Of a stretch of 64,000 bases of DNA, positions 25,699 to 39,124 are shown piece after piece. The position numbers and the translations under genes are program-made. The DNA lies in assembly GCF_032062105.1 (NCBI RefSeq), contig NW_026933071.1, positions 248,001 through 312,000 of the forward strand, read 5' to 3'. Positions within the stretch are counted from its first letter, which is position 1, and each line of letters starts with the position of its first letter. Below the pieces are notes generated by a model. It was not told where the DNA came from and ran no database searches. It saw nothing but the letters and a program-made list of their open reading frames with translations. The stretch comes from Saccostrea cucullata (lineage: Eukaryota).

Positions 25699-25834
25699 AA
25701 TGGAGTTTTATGAAGAGACTTACCTTTACAATTGACGACTGACTTTTACAATTTTAACATAGACAAACTCCAATCACTAAAATGTAAAAGTCAGCTGTCA
25801 AATGTAAAAGTAAGTCTCTTCATAAAACTCCATT
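25699..25834. mobile_element. 136-bp hairpin MITE upstream of the GPCR
   Basis: AATGGAGTTTTATGAAGAGACTTAC at the left end and its exact reverse complement at the right; arms ~55 bp. Confidence 0.65.
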
Positions 25835-26261
25835 GTGCAATATTTTTCAGAATATTTATTAACAAAAAACTGAATTTTGATATTAATTCTTGCATATACG
25901 TTATATAAGACGTTATCTAAGACGTGCTATTTTCCAGGAAAGTACTAATTATACAGTGGATGAAAGGCATTTAAATACTTAGAATTACTGATAGTCAGAT
26001 TTATCAGTTAAATGTAAAAGTATATCTAAGAAGCACCTCAAACTCTCGTAGCTTGAATTTACTCCGGTAGCAAGTGGTATGTTTTGATAAGTTCAATAAA
26101 ATTTAGTTTAAGTTAATGTAGAACACTTATAGGGACGAATTCTTTGACAAATAAAATGAATACCAGCCTGTGTCCTGTTAAAATATAAAGAACTCCTCGC
26201 CTCGATGCACCAATATCCGGTGTCGCTATTACACAGTCCATCCCTTTGTGACATTCTTTCT

Positions 26262-26360
26262 GTTCTTCCGTCTGTAAACTTTTCACATTTTCAACCTCTT
26301 CTCAAGAATCACTGGGTCAATTTTAATGAAACTTGGTACAAAGCATCTTTTGGTGTAGTG
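26262..26360 (+). repeat. Cg170/Helentron (HINE)-related repeat fragment
   Basis: tccgtctgtaaacttttcacattttcaac..ttctcaagaatcactgggtcaattttaatgaaacttggtacaaagcatc is recognisable as the oyster HINE/satellite core. Confidence 0.6.
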
Positions 26361-28105
26361 AAATTCAAATTTGCTTTCGGAGTTGCATGTACGATGTACG
26401 ATTAAACCAGAAATTTCCGAGTATTCATTGCGGTCTCTGGTTTTATCGTACATCTATAACCCAACCGGAAGTAAATGTATCTTATCAGATGTCTTAATTT
26501 GTATCGAGGTAATTTTTGAGGAATGAATGAGTGGTTTACAATAAAGAGGTTCGACCAGAGACTTCTGAAATGATTTTATTGACAAGAAAAGAGTCTTTCG
26601 AGGCGAACGATGCCATTAAAGCTGTACCGGTACTTGCAAGTGTTTTAAATGTAAAAGTAATTTACTTTTTTATATCATCCCCAAACAACCCAATAATTTT
26701 AATACACTGTATGTATATCACTGTTTTACATAAATATATGTATGTACTTTTGAGAAGAAGATTATATAGAACTCTTTCATTTTAATCGATCAGAGCATGT
26801 TTCAAAAATCTAAAAAATCTAGATTTAACTTTGCAATTAGTTACGTTCCGTTCTTTTCATCAGTATTTGCATTAAATATTCAGATTTTTTTTAAAAATAA
26901 ACAGCAGTTAAAGAATTATAAGCTACAAGTTTGGATTTACGAGTACTTGGCAATCTACACGTAAGACGTGTTAAAATTCGCCAATAGCAAAATTGATGAC
27001 GTAATGCACATATTTCTTTTGATACATGTACGCGTACAAATTGCTTTGCTAAACTTCTCTATTATACTTTGTACGACAAAAGTTATCCGTGACTGTGATT
27101 ATGCATGTAATCGAGACCTGTGGATCCATCTATTCTCTCTTCAAAATTCAAGTTTGCTCTCTGGTATTTAAACTTTCTTTTTATTTTGAGCCCCTAAAAT
27201 ATAATCGATTGATCTATCAATGGATATTTTTCATTAATTTTGTGTGAGGTGCACTCATCCTTTGAGTTTAAAAATTTAATATAAAAACCATTCATTTTAA
27301 AGAATGAGATTTGAAGAAAAATAAAAGTCACATCAACACGTTTAAAAATTGTTTTGTATATGATTTTATTTTTAAACGTCAATCGCTGTTGGTCTACATA
27401 TTCTAGGTTTACGCTATATACTAAAGAAGTATTTCTGGAAAACTCGTGAACATGTTATTATTTCAGATATTTTGTTTCATGTTTCTTATGTAACAGCAAG
27501 CTATTAGGTTAAAGGCCCTTCCTTCGAATTCTGAATACCTTCACTTTATTTCAGTCCTTTTCAATATTAGCAGAATTATATCTTGAACATTATTATGCAA
27601 CACATTTGACTTTTCACAAGTAGGTGTCCGCTGGGATATCCATGTCAATTTATATAAGGGTCAAAAGGTTAACAGGTATTAATCTTTGCTCCTTACTATT
27701 ATATTTTTCTTTTGCCATATAACACCCACAAAACGATTACACAACGGTTTTTTTTTAAATTCGCCTAGATAAAATTTTATCTAGATTCAATTAACATAAC
27801 ACATAGCTTTTGGGGATAGGAAGTCGCCCTCTTTTTACTATTGAAATGTTATCTCAGTATTTTAAGACCGACTGTACACCTACATGCAAAATCAGACAGA
27901 CAAAACAGAGAAAAAGTGATGAAAAAGAAAACAAATAACATTTAATCTCTACGTATAAATTACAAGAAAGAGAGAAGATTAATGTCCCAGATAGCATGAC
28001 TATGTTGGGCCAACAGTGGCAAAAGGTTGTATGGTTGGCGTTGGGGGAACAACGTTGGGCCAACGTTGGACCAATGTTACCATGCCAACCTTCTCGACCA
28101 TGACA

Positions 28106-28841
28106 TACGCAAGTGAGTTAAGGCTAAATATAGGTTTTTCTATGCAAATGAGCCAATAAAAATGCATAAATTGTGTATTTTATGTACAGAGAAAGTTCTA
28201 ATTGATTTTCTTATACAGACTTAGTACCTACAGTATATTAATGCAAGTGCACATTATGACGTCATATTATGACGTAATAGTTCTTTCCCATTCAAGGTAA
28301 TAAAACACATCATCAAAACAACGTCGGCGCAAGGGCATAACCTATTTAATTTAAAATAAATAAAGTATAATATTAAGGAAAATATTCTTAAAATTAAAAA
28401 AAATTGCTTCACAAATCCTATGCTATTCTTCAATCGATAAAAATTTTACTAAACTTACACTGGACTGTACATTTTTACCCTGTTTCAACTTAGAACTGTA
28501 CGAATAGTAACCAAACAATTGCAGTGTCGACATTTGTGCAACAATATCTTAAAACTATGGAATATTCTGCTTTTCTTTATACCTTGTTTCTGTAAAACAA
28601 AGTAAGGTATGCCCTTGCGCCAAAGCGATTTTGTTGATGTTTCTTATAAACTTGTGTAGTAAAGGCTGATGACGTCATAATACGACGTCATAATGTGTAC
28701 TGGCAATCGCATATCATGGGTACCAAGAATGTATTAGAAAACAAGTCTTAACATTTTCTTTGCGGTATGTATAGCAATTATTGGTTTAAATTAATCATTT
28801 TGCATAGAAACCTCCATACGTAGCCTTAACTCACTTGCGTA
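28106..28841. mobile_element. MITE with ~240-bp imperfect TIRs inserted in the left arm
   Basis: TACGCAAGTGAGTTAAGGCTA / TAGCCTTAACTCACTTGCGTA; absent from the right arm; compatible with a TA TSD. Confidence 0.8.
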
Positions 28842-29688
28842 ATTCTTCCGTTGACCCAACGTTAGTCCAGGTTAGCAACTTCCATTAACTTTACTTTCCA
28901 AGGAAGGAAGGAAGGATGTTGATGTTGGTCCGACGTTGGCCCAATATTTGTAATATACCCTCAAAAAGTGTCTTTTAAAGTTGGTAGTAGTATGTTGGCC
29001 CAACGTTGGCCCGATGTTTGTAATACACCCTTAAAGAAAATGTCTAATCGAGTTGGTAGCAGTATGTAGGCCTAACATTGGCCCTTTGCTTGTAATACAC
29101 CATTAAAGGAAGTGTCTTATCAAGCTAGTAGTGGTATGTTGGCCCAATGTTTGTAATATACCCTCAAAAAAGTCTTATCAAGTTGGTAGTAGTACATGTA
29201 CTAGTATGTTGGCCCGATGTTAGCACGAGTGTTCTTTTGTTAAGGTGTTCCAAAGACGCAATATTTTTATTGGGCCAACGCTGGCCCTATTATAATACTG
29301 CCAACTAAATGATGTGTTAATTTTAGCTGCTGAGCTTTACGTTGGGAACAACGTTGGTTCTAATATAAGTATTAATTTAAATGCACTGAAATAATTAAGA
29401 GTACATTCTATGTCCATGCTTTTAACTGGATGACTGTTTTTGTTCAGATCTGATATTTTCAACATTTTAACTTTGAACAAAAGTGATCACAGCACCAAAG
29501 AGAGTTTTATTATATTTTTTGAATTGTGGGCATGCATGCTTATTTATTTGAAATAAAACCCTTGAAATAATGAATTTTTACATGAGCGTTGTTATCATGA
29601 GAATTTAGAGAAGACTGAATAAGTTCTCAGGGACAGGATGTAAATGAAGCCCAAATATACATAAATCAAAATGACACAGCTTTATAAT

Positions 29689-32466
29689 CCCAGATAGCAG
29701 AATGTTATTGGACCTTTGTTGGGCCAACAAGCTCCTTATGTTGGGCCACTGTTTGAATTCAACATTGGGCCATCGGTAATTTGCTCATCGGCCCTTAATC
29801 AAACCAACTTGTTGGCTTATTATTGGGCCAATGTAACAGTTAATATTGGGCCACTGTTAGGCCAATGTATTATTTCAATGTTGGGCAAACGTCATTTTTG
29901 TACAATTGGGCCATTGTAAGCAACTAATGTTGGGCCAACGGTAATTTGCTCATCGGCCCTTAATCAAACCAACTTGTTGGCTTATCGTTGGGCCAATGTA
30001 ACAGTTAATATTGGGCCACTGTTGGGCCAATGTATTTTTTCAATGTTGGGTAAACGTCATTTTTGTACAGTTGGGCCATTGTAAGTAATTAATGTTGGGC
30101 CAACGGTAATTTGCTCATCGGCCCGTAATCAGACCAACTTGTTGGCTTATTGTTGGACCAACGAACGGATATCATTGAGCCATTGTTGGGCCACTTATTC
30201 TTTCAATATTAGGAAAACATCATTTTTGGGCCAACGTTGGTTTGTATCTTATTGGCTCTCCATCATGACAACTCATTTGCTCTTCACTGGTTGACCATTT
30301 GTCCTCAAAATTGACAAACAAATATAAACAATAAGGTTATACTAGTTTTGTAGTACAGTTTAATTAATGGTAAAAACCCTTTAATACTATCTTGTATGCT
30401 ATATATGCTAGATTAATAGTTTAATACATATTCAAAATATCTCATAGAAATGCCATCAACAAGTATTGCATTGTAAGTAGCTCTACATTAATTAAATAAC
30501 TGAGGAAAAAGAAATCAAAATATAAAATTAAGTTATAACATACTATAATTTTATTGCTCAGTGCATGAAGAAAACATTAATAAAGAATTAAAAGTCGATG
30601 CTCACTTCAAGCGATACATGTAGGGTTACATGACTGTATACTCCCTCTCTGATGTAAATTATGCACAAGTTCAGTAAATTACAGGTATCAATAAGCACGT
30701 CTAACAAATAAACAAAGCCCTCCTGTAATAATACTAAAATGAATCCCGTCATTTTGTTTACTTACACAAAAAATGTTTCTGGCATCTGCATCGTGTTTAT
30801 AACCGACAAACAGACACAAAAAGGGTAGAACTACAGGTATGTCACACTATATTACAGAACAAAAGTTAGGCACTGACACTTTCCATCTGATCCCTCTCCT
30901 AAGTCTCCATTTCCTCTTCCCGAGTCTCCTCCTCCCCCTTCTTTTCTTCTCTGTCCGTTTCTTCCTCCCCCATCCCTGTCTTTGGCATACCTTAGCCATT
31001 CTTTGATTGTGTTCTTCATGTCTTTTTAGAATCTCCAGTAACACTAAAATTGTAATATTTGGTACTTAATACCTTTGTTACTTTTCTCAGTAAAGAGTAA
31101 ACATACGATTAAATTTACAAGTATATCACTATATGTTTAAGCTGTCAATTAAGGAACAACCGTCTTTTTTGTTTCATGGTGTGATTAAGTGATTAGCTTG
31201 CGTGATGAAGGCATTTATGCATGATATTTATACGCTTGATAATCATCATCACAACAATTTTGATTCAATGCTGCCCCATATAAAATACATGTATTGAAAA
31301 TTTGTCGGTACAATGAACAAATTTTAAATGAAAGAACCCAATCTATTTTTAGTACTGAATAAATTTTGTTTTAACTTCAGCAAGTTCATCATTTTCAAAA
31401 TGTTTGATCATGTACTCGACGTTAAGTGTATATAAGTTAATTAAGTTAGACTTCGGAAATGTATTCTACTATAGACACAAATTTCAATTTAAATAAGGAG
31501 CAAATTATTTATTGTTTTAACTGTATCAAAACACGTTTTTAAACTTTCATTTATTTTTCTTGTATAGAAACAAAAATTTTAATCACTGATAATTTATTTT
31601 GTTTGGGTAAATTATAAGTATTTTAAATTTATTTTAGCTAGCTTGATTTTTCAAAAAGGATTGGTTGTAGATTTATTTCTGATTTTAGAGACGATCAGAT
31701 TTGTTAATATACAGATTTGTAACAATTAAATGTTTATACACATTGGCCCAATGTTGGTCCAATATATCGGGCTAACATGGGGCAAAGGAGCAAAATGACA
31801 CTGGGCTAACGTCATTTGCCAACATCGGCCCAATGTTCTTGTTGACGTTTTGCCAACAATGTCGCATTCATTGGGCCAATGTTGGCGCAACGTTGGGCCA
31901 ATATCTGTAGAAATAACACTCTATATTGGGCCAACGTTGGCCCAACATATCGGGCCAACATTGGTCCTATGAGCAAACTTAAATTGGGTCAATGCCATTT
32001 TCCAACATTGGCCTCTGCACTTCCCCGTGTCTGATTTACACAGATTTGTACATGATATAGTTTAAAAACTAAACGTTAATTCAACTGTGCCGAGGCAAAC
32101 ATATTATTAATACTTACAAAGTGGATGCAGATATGCAAGGTATCAGTCTCATTTCGCTCGCTCGTGTCAGATTAAAAATGGCGCGGATATTACAAGTAGC
32201 CCGGTTGTTGTCTACCCATGATCCTCAGTCAGATTCATGGTATATTGGGCCAACGTAGGGCCGATGCCAATCCCCAAACAAATATTTTCTCTCATGATTA
32301 TAGTTTTATGATATAATGCCAACAGTTAGCCCAACATTAGCGCACTATTATACATAACCAGCTATCAATATTCCATGTTGGGCCATTGTTGGCCCAATCA
32401 AGGTAACCCAACATAGATAATAGAACCATAATGTAAGATTGGGCCAACGGTGTTCCGCTATCTGGG
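29689..32466. mobile_element. Nested related element (CCCAGATAGC termini) with a 165-bp tandem array
   Basis: CCCAGATAGCAGAA / TTCCGCTATCTGGG; GTAATTTGCTCATCGGCCC recurs at 29776, 29941 and 30106. Confidence 0.78.
30950..31043 (-). pseudogene. Terminal-exon remnant resembling a DUF4806-type transposon accessory protein
   Basis: After ttttAG, the minus strand encodes KDMKNTIKEWLRYAKDRDGG, followed by RKKR in the adjacent frame. Confidence 0.5.
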
Positions 32467-34477
32467 TTATTACAAATAAATATGCATATACACAATTTAA
32501 AAAATAGAATAAAACACTCTTTGGTGCCTGATCACTTAAGTGCAAAGTTAAAATAATGAAAATATCATATCAAAACAAAAGCAGTCATCCAATGATAAGC
32601 ATGGGCATAGAAAGTCCTTTTAATTATTTCAGAATGTGCCAACCTTGTCCCAACGTAAAGCTCAGCAGCTAATTATAAAATTAACACCATCAATTAGTTG
32701 GAAGTATAATAATTGGGTCAACGTTGGCCCAATATAAATATCCCATCTTTGAAAGACCTAAACAAAATAACACTTGTGTGTATTACAAACATTGTGCCAA
32801 CGTTGGGCCAACATACTACTACCAACTTGATTAAATATTTTCATTAAGGGTGTATTACAAACAATGGGCCAACGTTGGGCCAATATACTACTACCAACTT
32901 GATAAGGCACTTTCTTTAAGGGTGTAATACAAACAATGGGCCAACATACTACTGCCAACTTGATAGGACACGTTCTTTAAGGGTGTATTACAAACAATGG
33001 GCCAACGTTGGGCCAACATACTACTACCAACTTGATAGGACACGTTCTTTAAGGGTGTATTACAAACAATTGGCCAACGTTGGGCCTACATACTACTACC
33101 AACTTGATAAGGCACTTTCTTTAAGGATGTATTACAAACATTGTGCCAACGTTGGGTCAACATAGTACTACAAACTTGATAAGGCACTTTCTTTAAGGGT
33201 GTATTACAAACATTGGTCCAACGTTGGGCCAACGCCGTGATCCTTCCTTCTTTGGAAACTAAAGTGAATGTAAGTTGCTTACGTTGGACCAACGTTGGGC
33301 CAACATAGGAATTCCGTCATGGTCGAGAAGGTTGACCTGGTAACATTGGTCCAACGTTGGCCCAACGTTGTTCCCCCAACGCCAACAATACAGCCTTTAA
33401 CAAATGTTGGCCCAACATAGTCATGCTATCTGGGAATTAAATTGAAACAAAAGTTTGGCGTTCGCTAAACCTTATAATCGCACGGCGATTTAAACACCAG
33501 ACTGTGGAGTGAGCTGTCAGATTCAATTGCTCACAGGTGGTAATGAATTCAAATTTGTGGAGTATACACTTGCTGAAGCTGCATTTAAAAGCGATGTATT
33601 TAAGTATATTTATTCTTATTTATTCAGGTTTACTGTTGAAATTGATTCGGAATTCATTCTTGTCATGTTTTTGCACACAAGCACTGTAAGTTAATGTAAA
33701 TACAAATATATTTATAATTTATGTGTATACGGTTTGCAAATAAATGTATTTCAAACTTTATTTACAATAACTTCTATAGCTCATCAAAAATACAATGAAA
33801 AACAAGTTAAATAACATCTTTGTTTCTATCTTATTCTCAACTGTCTATTACAAACACGATTGTAACAAGGAAAATAAGGTTAATAGATCAACATGCACTA
33901 ATAGTATAATACATCATTCTTTAAAAGACTTCATTTGAGGTATATTATTTATTTATTAGTTGGACCAGTAATTGTATTGTTTCTAATATCAAATTATTTT
34001 GTATTTTCAGTCAGAGACTGCAAGGAAAACAAATGTTGAGACGGTAAATAATGAAATCGAAGAGCATAATGAACATGATGAAGTGTATGAAGTACGAGTA
34101 AGTACGACAAAGATCAAGATGAAGAAAACGGGAGGCGACGAAGGGACGAAGAAAGGAGCGGGAATACAACAAAAGGACAGTGATAAAAGAAGTGAGCCCT
34201 GCTTTAGAACTTTGAATTGATAATTTTTCATACTTTACCTCAATTGTCTATTTTAACATTTAATATGAAATTATGATTGATGTATATAAAATATTTTCAC
34301 AGTGAACCATTAGTAATGTTTTCATTGAACATGTCTATGTATGCATTATAAATGCAGGTTGAATTGTGTATTATTTTTTTAAACAGTAATGAAATGGGTT
34401 TAAAGAATCAATTAATCAATTGCAAATGTTTCTATGTAATAACAACGTTGGCTCAACAATTTACCATTTGACTGTTG

Positions 34478-34818
34478 CAACCACTCTTGAAATAACGACC
34501 ACTATTGAAGTAATTATATCAATAGTGGTTGAGAGTGCATTTCAATAGCAAACATAGTTAGTAACCGCTATTGAAATACAACCACTATAGAAATAATTAT
34601 ATCAATAGTGGTTGAGAGTGCATTTCAGTAACAAACGCAGGTAATTAACACTATTGAAATACAACCACTACTGAAATAATTATATCAATAATGGTTGAGA
34701 GTGCAATTCAATAACAAACGTAGGTAATTACCACTATTGAAATACGACCACTATTGAAATAATTATTTTAATAGTGGGTGAGAGTGAATTTCAATAACAA
34801 ACATAAGTTGCAACCACT
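34478..34818. repeat. 83-bp tandem repeat (~4 copies), each unit containing a 12-bp inverted repeat
   Basis: ACCACTA at 34498, 34581, 34664 and 34747; consensus AACCACTATTGA-N10-TCAATAGTGGTT. Confidence 0.85.
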
Positions 34819-35124
34819 AAGTTGTAATGCCAAATATCAAACACTACCGTCGTTCTCATTGTCAATTATTCTGTCTCTTTCTAACGGCACCTTTTACACT
34901 ATTTCAAAACCTTATTAGTGACCATTTAAAAAAATGTGAACGGAAACACAATTCTCCCTTTATATATATTCTATTAGAAAGATTTATCACCTCATATTAC
35001 ATTACATTAGCGGGAGTCATATTGAATAAATCTAAAGTCTTTTCAAATCATTATACACATCCTTTGGTTATTTAACATGCGCATTAAAATCTAGGGGGCT
35101 TCAGGTAAGCAACAACCGACAAAC

Positions 35125-36608
35125 ATGGCTGCAAGTGCAAAAGAATATTCAATGTTCTCTCCCAAGGAACACATTGAAATGTGTAAATCTCATGACTTAC
35201 GAATTGATATGTTATGTGAGGACTGTGATGAATTTATTTGTGGTAAATGTGCCAAAACAAATCACAGAGATCATGACTGGAACACTCTACCCACGGCAGC
35301 CACCGAAAGGAGGAAAGGTTTGCTTAATTTTTTGAAGAAGATCACGAAAGAAGATCTGTCTTGGATTGACGAGAAGATAGAAAAGCTGTCAAAACAGATC
35401 ACAGCAAATAAAGAACTGTGTGACTCTGAGATTGAAAAGCTGCAGAAGCATGTCGATGAGATAATATCCAGGCTTAAAGAAATCCTAAAGGGCATGAGAA
35501 AACATTGAGAGACAATTTGGAAATGGAAAATGATCAACTGCACCATGTGAAATCTGAATTAGAGAAGAAAAAGAGAGGTATTGTTAAAACGGTGGAATTC
35601 ATGGAGGAGAACAACAGCATTATGTCAGATTACAGCTTAATTGACAACCACAGTGAACTGACAAAAATGGTTGACTTTGATTTAAAGGGCCATACCACAA
35701 ATTGTGAATATTCAGTGAGATTCACTAGAGGTGAAATCAAAGATCAACTACTTGAGGCCTTGGTTGGAAGGACTTGGGATTTAGATGATATTGAAATGAC
35801 TCAAAAACACTCATTTCAATACGGAGAAAAATTCATATTTGTTTTGGAGACAATTAGTGAAGATCAATGTTACATAAGAGAAGGGACATCAGAATATATA
35901 GAAAAAGTTAACAATGAGGGTGCAAAAAAACAAATACTTCGAATCGCTGGTAATGACATATGTGTCACTAAAAACAGTAATGTTTATTTTGCTGATTTTA
36001 ATAAGAAGTGCATCAGCTGTCTGTCGTCATCAGGATCTGCCTCTACAGTTATCAGTACACTTCCATTCGTACCAATTGGAATCTGTCAGTCAGTGGACGG
36101 TGGACTACTGGTCTCCCTGAGAGAAAGGGAATTAGATCTTTACAAACTAGAGTCACACAGCAGACGTCTGGTGAGACACATCACAGTGACTGGTGACGTC
36201 ATCCATGAGTATGAGTACCAGGAGGACGGTCACACCAGGCTGTTTACATTGCCATACAGAATAACACAGAACAGTAACAGTGGTATATGTGTTGTGAACC
36301 GTACAAATGAACATGTAGGTGATCTAGTAGTTATGACTTCCTCCGGTTGTATAACGTCTGTGTACCGTGGACAGAACCTGAAAAATAAATTTAGTCCATT
36401 TGATGTAGAGTGTGACTCCCTCTGTAACATCCTTGTTACGGATATTTACAACAAACAGATCCATCTGCTGAGTCCTGATGGGAATTTCCTTAAGTTTTTA
36501 CTGTCAGACAATGAAGTGAACTGTCCATACACTTTATCACTTTACAAGTCTACATTGTGGGTGGGACATTGGGAAGGACTTGTCAAAGTGTTTAAATACA
36601 GAGTGTAA
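35125..36608 (+). CDS. RING-less TRIM-like protein (B-box, coiled coil, NHL-like propeller), single exon, with a 1-nt frameshift near 35485
   Basis: B-box CKSHDLRIDMLCEDCDEFICGKCAKTNHRDH in 35125-35508; the propeller (PIGICQ, PYRITQN, PFDVECDSLCNILVTD) is in the overlapping frame 35505-36608. Confidence 0.82.
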
Positions 36609-37247
36609 ATAATAGCATACTTTTTATCTGAAATCATTAATCTAGAATTACGTACGTTTTATTAAGCAATATGTATCATCAAAAATTAATTTGATACATA
36701 GTTCCACAAGGTTCTCATGTATTGTTTTCATCAAACATGTAAAATGGGAAAGTTAGAAGGTTTACAGGTTAATTTACTGTGTATGAACTGCACATCTGAA
36801 TTGCTTAAAATAGGTTTTCATTTCTTTTATGCTTTCTTGAGTCATGTTAATATTAATTGAACCTACACGTTTAAACAGAATTTTCATTTGAATAGTTTAG
36901 ATTCGTTATACATCTGTTTTGTATTCATTTTAGTTATTATTAGTTAACATATTTGTGAAAGTCAAAATAAAAAGCACGGAAATTAATGGTGTACCAATCG
37001 CTGTATAGGGACCTCATAATTGGAAACATAACTCCTTTGGTATTGAAACACCCCTTTTATGATATAATCCTTTGGATTATTTCAAACTTTCTTTTTTTTT
37101 ACCTCTCATGGGTGTCTTGGTCAGTCCATACTCTGATGACTCTCTTTTATACCACATTGGGATACTATTTGATAGCTGTAATATTTTGACTCTTCTTTCC
37201 ATTAACGTTAAACCAGATAGGTGGTTCATATACTGAAGCCTCCTAAG

Positions 37248-37469
37248 NNNNNNNNNNNNNNNNNNNNNNNNNNNNNNNNNNNNNNNNNNNNNNNNNNNNN
37301 NNNNNNNNNNNNNNNNNNNNNNNNNNNNNNNNNNNNNNNNNNNNNNNNNNNNNNNNNNNNNNNNNNNNNNNNNNNNNNNNNNNNNNNNNNNNNNNNNNNN
37401 NNNNNNNNNNNNNNNNNNNNNNNNNNNNNNNNNNNNNNNNNNNNNNNNNNNNNNNNNNNNNNNNNNNNN
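37248..37469. other. Assembly gap (222 N)
   Basis: Run of N. Confidence 1.
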
Positions 37470-37767
37470 TCAAGTTTTTAAATAAATTGTATTTAGAATT
37501 CTGAACTACCCTCCAAACAATAAACTATATGAATGAGAGTTTTGATTTTTCTTAGACTCAATGTTTAAAAAAAAATTCATGTTTGCTATCTTGTATATAA
37601 ATGAAAATTATGCATTTCAATGTGAACTCCGTGAATATTCCAACGCTCATGCGATACTTTTTCTTCAGTTGTACATGATGAGCTACATTCATTGCTTTTT
37701 TCAGTTGATTTTTTTAGATACACAAAAAGTCACATCAAACAGGTCCACAATTGCTTTTTTTAATTTA

Positions 37768-38390
37768 TAAAGGATATGGAGATAACGAACAATTTTCAAT
37801 CTCAAAGTCCATAAAACAATACAAAATTAGAGTAGAGCAAACACGGACCCCGAAACATCAGAGGTGGGATCAGGTGCCATGGAGGAGTGAGCATCCCCTG
37901 CTGACCGGTCACACCCGCCGTGTGCTCATTGTCATGATCAGGAAATAACGGAATAAATTCGTCGTCAATTCAGTGTATAAATAATGGACTAACAATTGGT
38001 ATGAAAAACGTCAGTCATTATTTGACTCAATGATAAATTGTATTTGTTAACAAGGTCATTGTATCGACCACAGAATTTACGAAATGATGACTTTAAACGA
38101 GACTGCGGATATTCTTGTTTCATCAATTTGCTTGTCAATAATTTACCTCGTTTTAAAAATTGTTCATACGTGGATCATGCTCTTGCGTATCGAATCAACT
38201 GAGATATATATACTTCGTATGCAGGTGATGAAGGTATATTGCTGCATAAGTAAGGGAAGTTTACGATATAAAAGTTAAAGTCATCATGTTTATCATATAG
38301 CTTGGTTGTTAGATTAGCATTAGTGTCTTTTTCAAGTAAAATATCCAAGTATGAAACAGAAGTGTCGGACTCTGTGGTATCTTTTATATG
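37768..38390 (-). mobile_element. Naiad 3' fragment
   Basis: IKDTTESDTSVSYLDILL...LYDKHDDFNF.IVNFPYLCSNIPSSPAY.VYISQLIRYARA, plus the 3' motif at 37835-37927. Confidence 0.88.
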
Positions 38391-39124
38391 ATAAATATAT
38401 ACATAAAGCGAATAAACTTTCAGCACTATACAGAATCTCGGTTTCTGATATTGGCCTACTTGAATATTTAAGAAATGTTTCCGGGAACTCGAGTAACCAT
38501 ATTCCTATTTTGATTACAATATTTCATGTTTCTTATAGCTACGATGTTAAAGTCTTGCATATCAAAACATGAAAGTTAAACTCTCAAAAAGATCTCCCGT
38601 TCTTTAAAATTAATTCTAATATCTTCACTTCATATCCAAAAAGTAGACATATTTTCAAACCTATAAATTTAAAATATCTATGATGAGTGGTCATTTAATT
38701 TTTATCCCCTTGCAATGGAGTTGGAGGATATAGTAACACGTGCACGCTCGTGTGTGTTTGTGTATGTGTTTGAGAGGGTGTGTGAGAGAATTTTTGTGTT
38801 TGTTAGTTTGCTCTGTGAAAAATGGAGGCGACGAAATCGATGTCGTTCTTTGCGAGAGGATGTACGGCTTAATGGTTCCCTGCTTAAAGTTGACACATAA
38901 GTAGATTCGTTAGAGATAATGGCGATCTAATGTAGGTCATCAGGTCAATAATAAGCTACTGTCTGCAGTGTAATTTTTGCACTTTTTAAATATTTTTGCC
39001 AACTCTTTTGCTCTTTTTCAATTCGTGTATGTGAATTAATAAACAATATCAGAAGATTGTATGTGCAAAATAACAACCACTAGTATCTTGGCTAGAAATA
39101 ATTGAACAGAAATAAAGACTGGTG

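Larger units (their letters stand above)
27986..33434. mobile_element. Foldback-type non-autonomous DNA transposon (CCCAG termini, EnSpm/CMC-like) with long inverted arms carrying 72-bp tandem repeats
   Basis: TIR CCCAGATAGCATGACTATGTTGGGCCAACA. The arm 27986-~29556 (minus an insertion) is the inverse of 32467-33434. The palindrome TTGG(G)CCAACGTTGG(C)CCAA recurs throughout. Confidence 0.8.

Noticed and set aside
29716-33292. Repetitive ORFs within the foldback element
   Set aside because: They are translations of the 72-bp and 165-bp tandem arrays, with no sign of coding.
35484-35495. Programmed -1 frameshift at A_AAG_GGC in the TRIM gene
   Set aside because: YYY=GGG is non-canonical, no stimulatory structure is evident, and the paralogue is in frame at this site, so a simple indel is more parsimonious.
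37221-37481. Poly-X ORFs
   Set aside because: Artefacts of the N gap.
38702-38900. Overlapping antisense ORFs in a GT-rich tract
   Set aside because: Low-complexity sequence with no recognisable domain or splice context.
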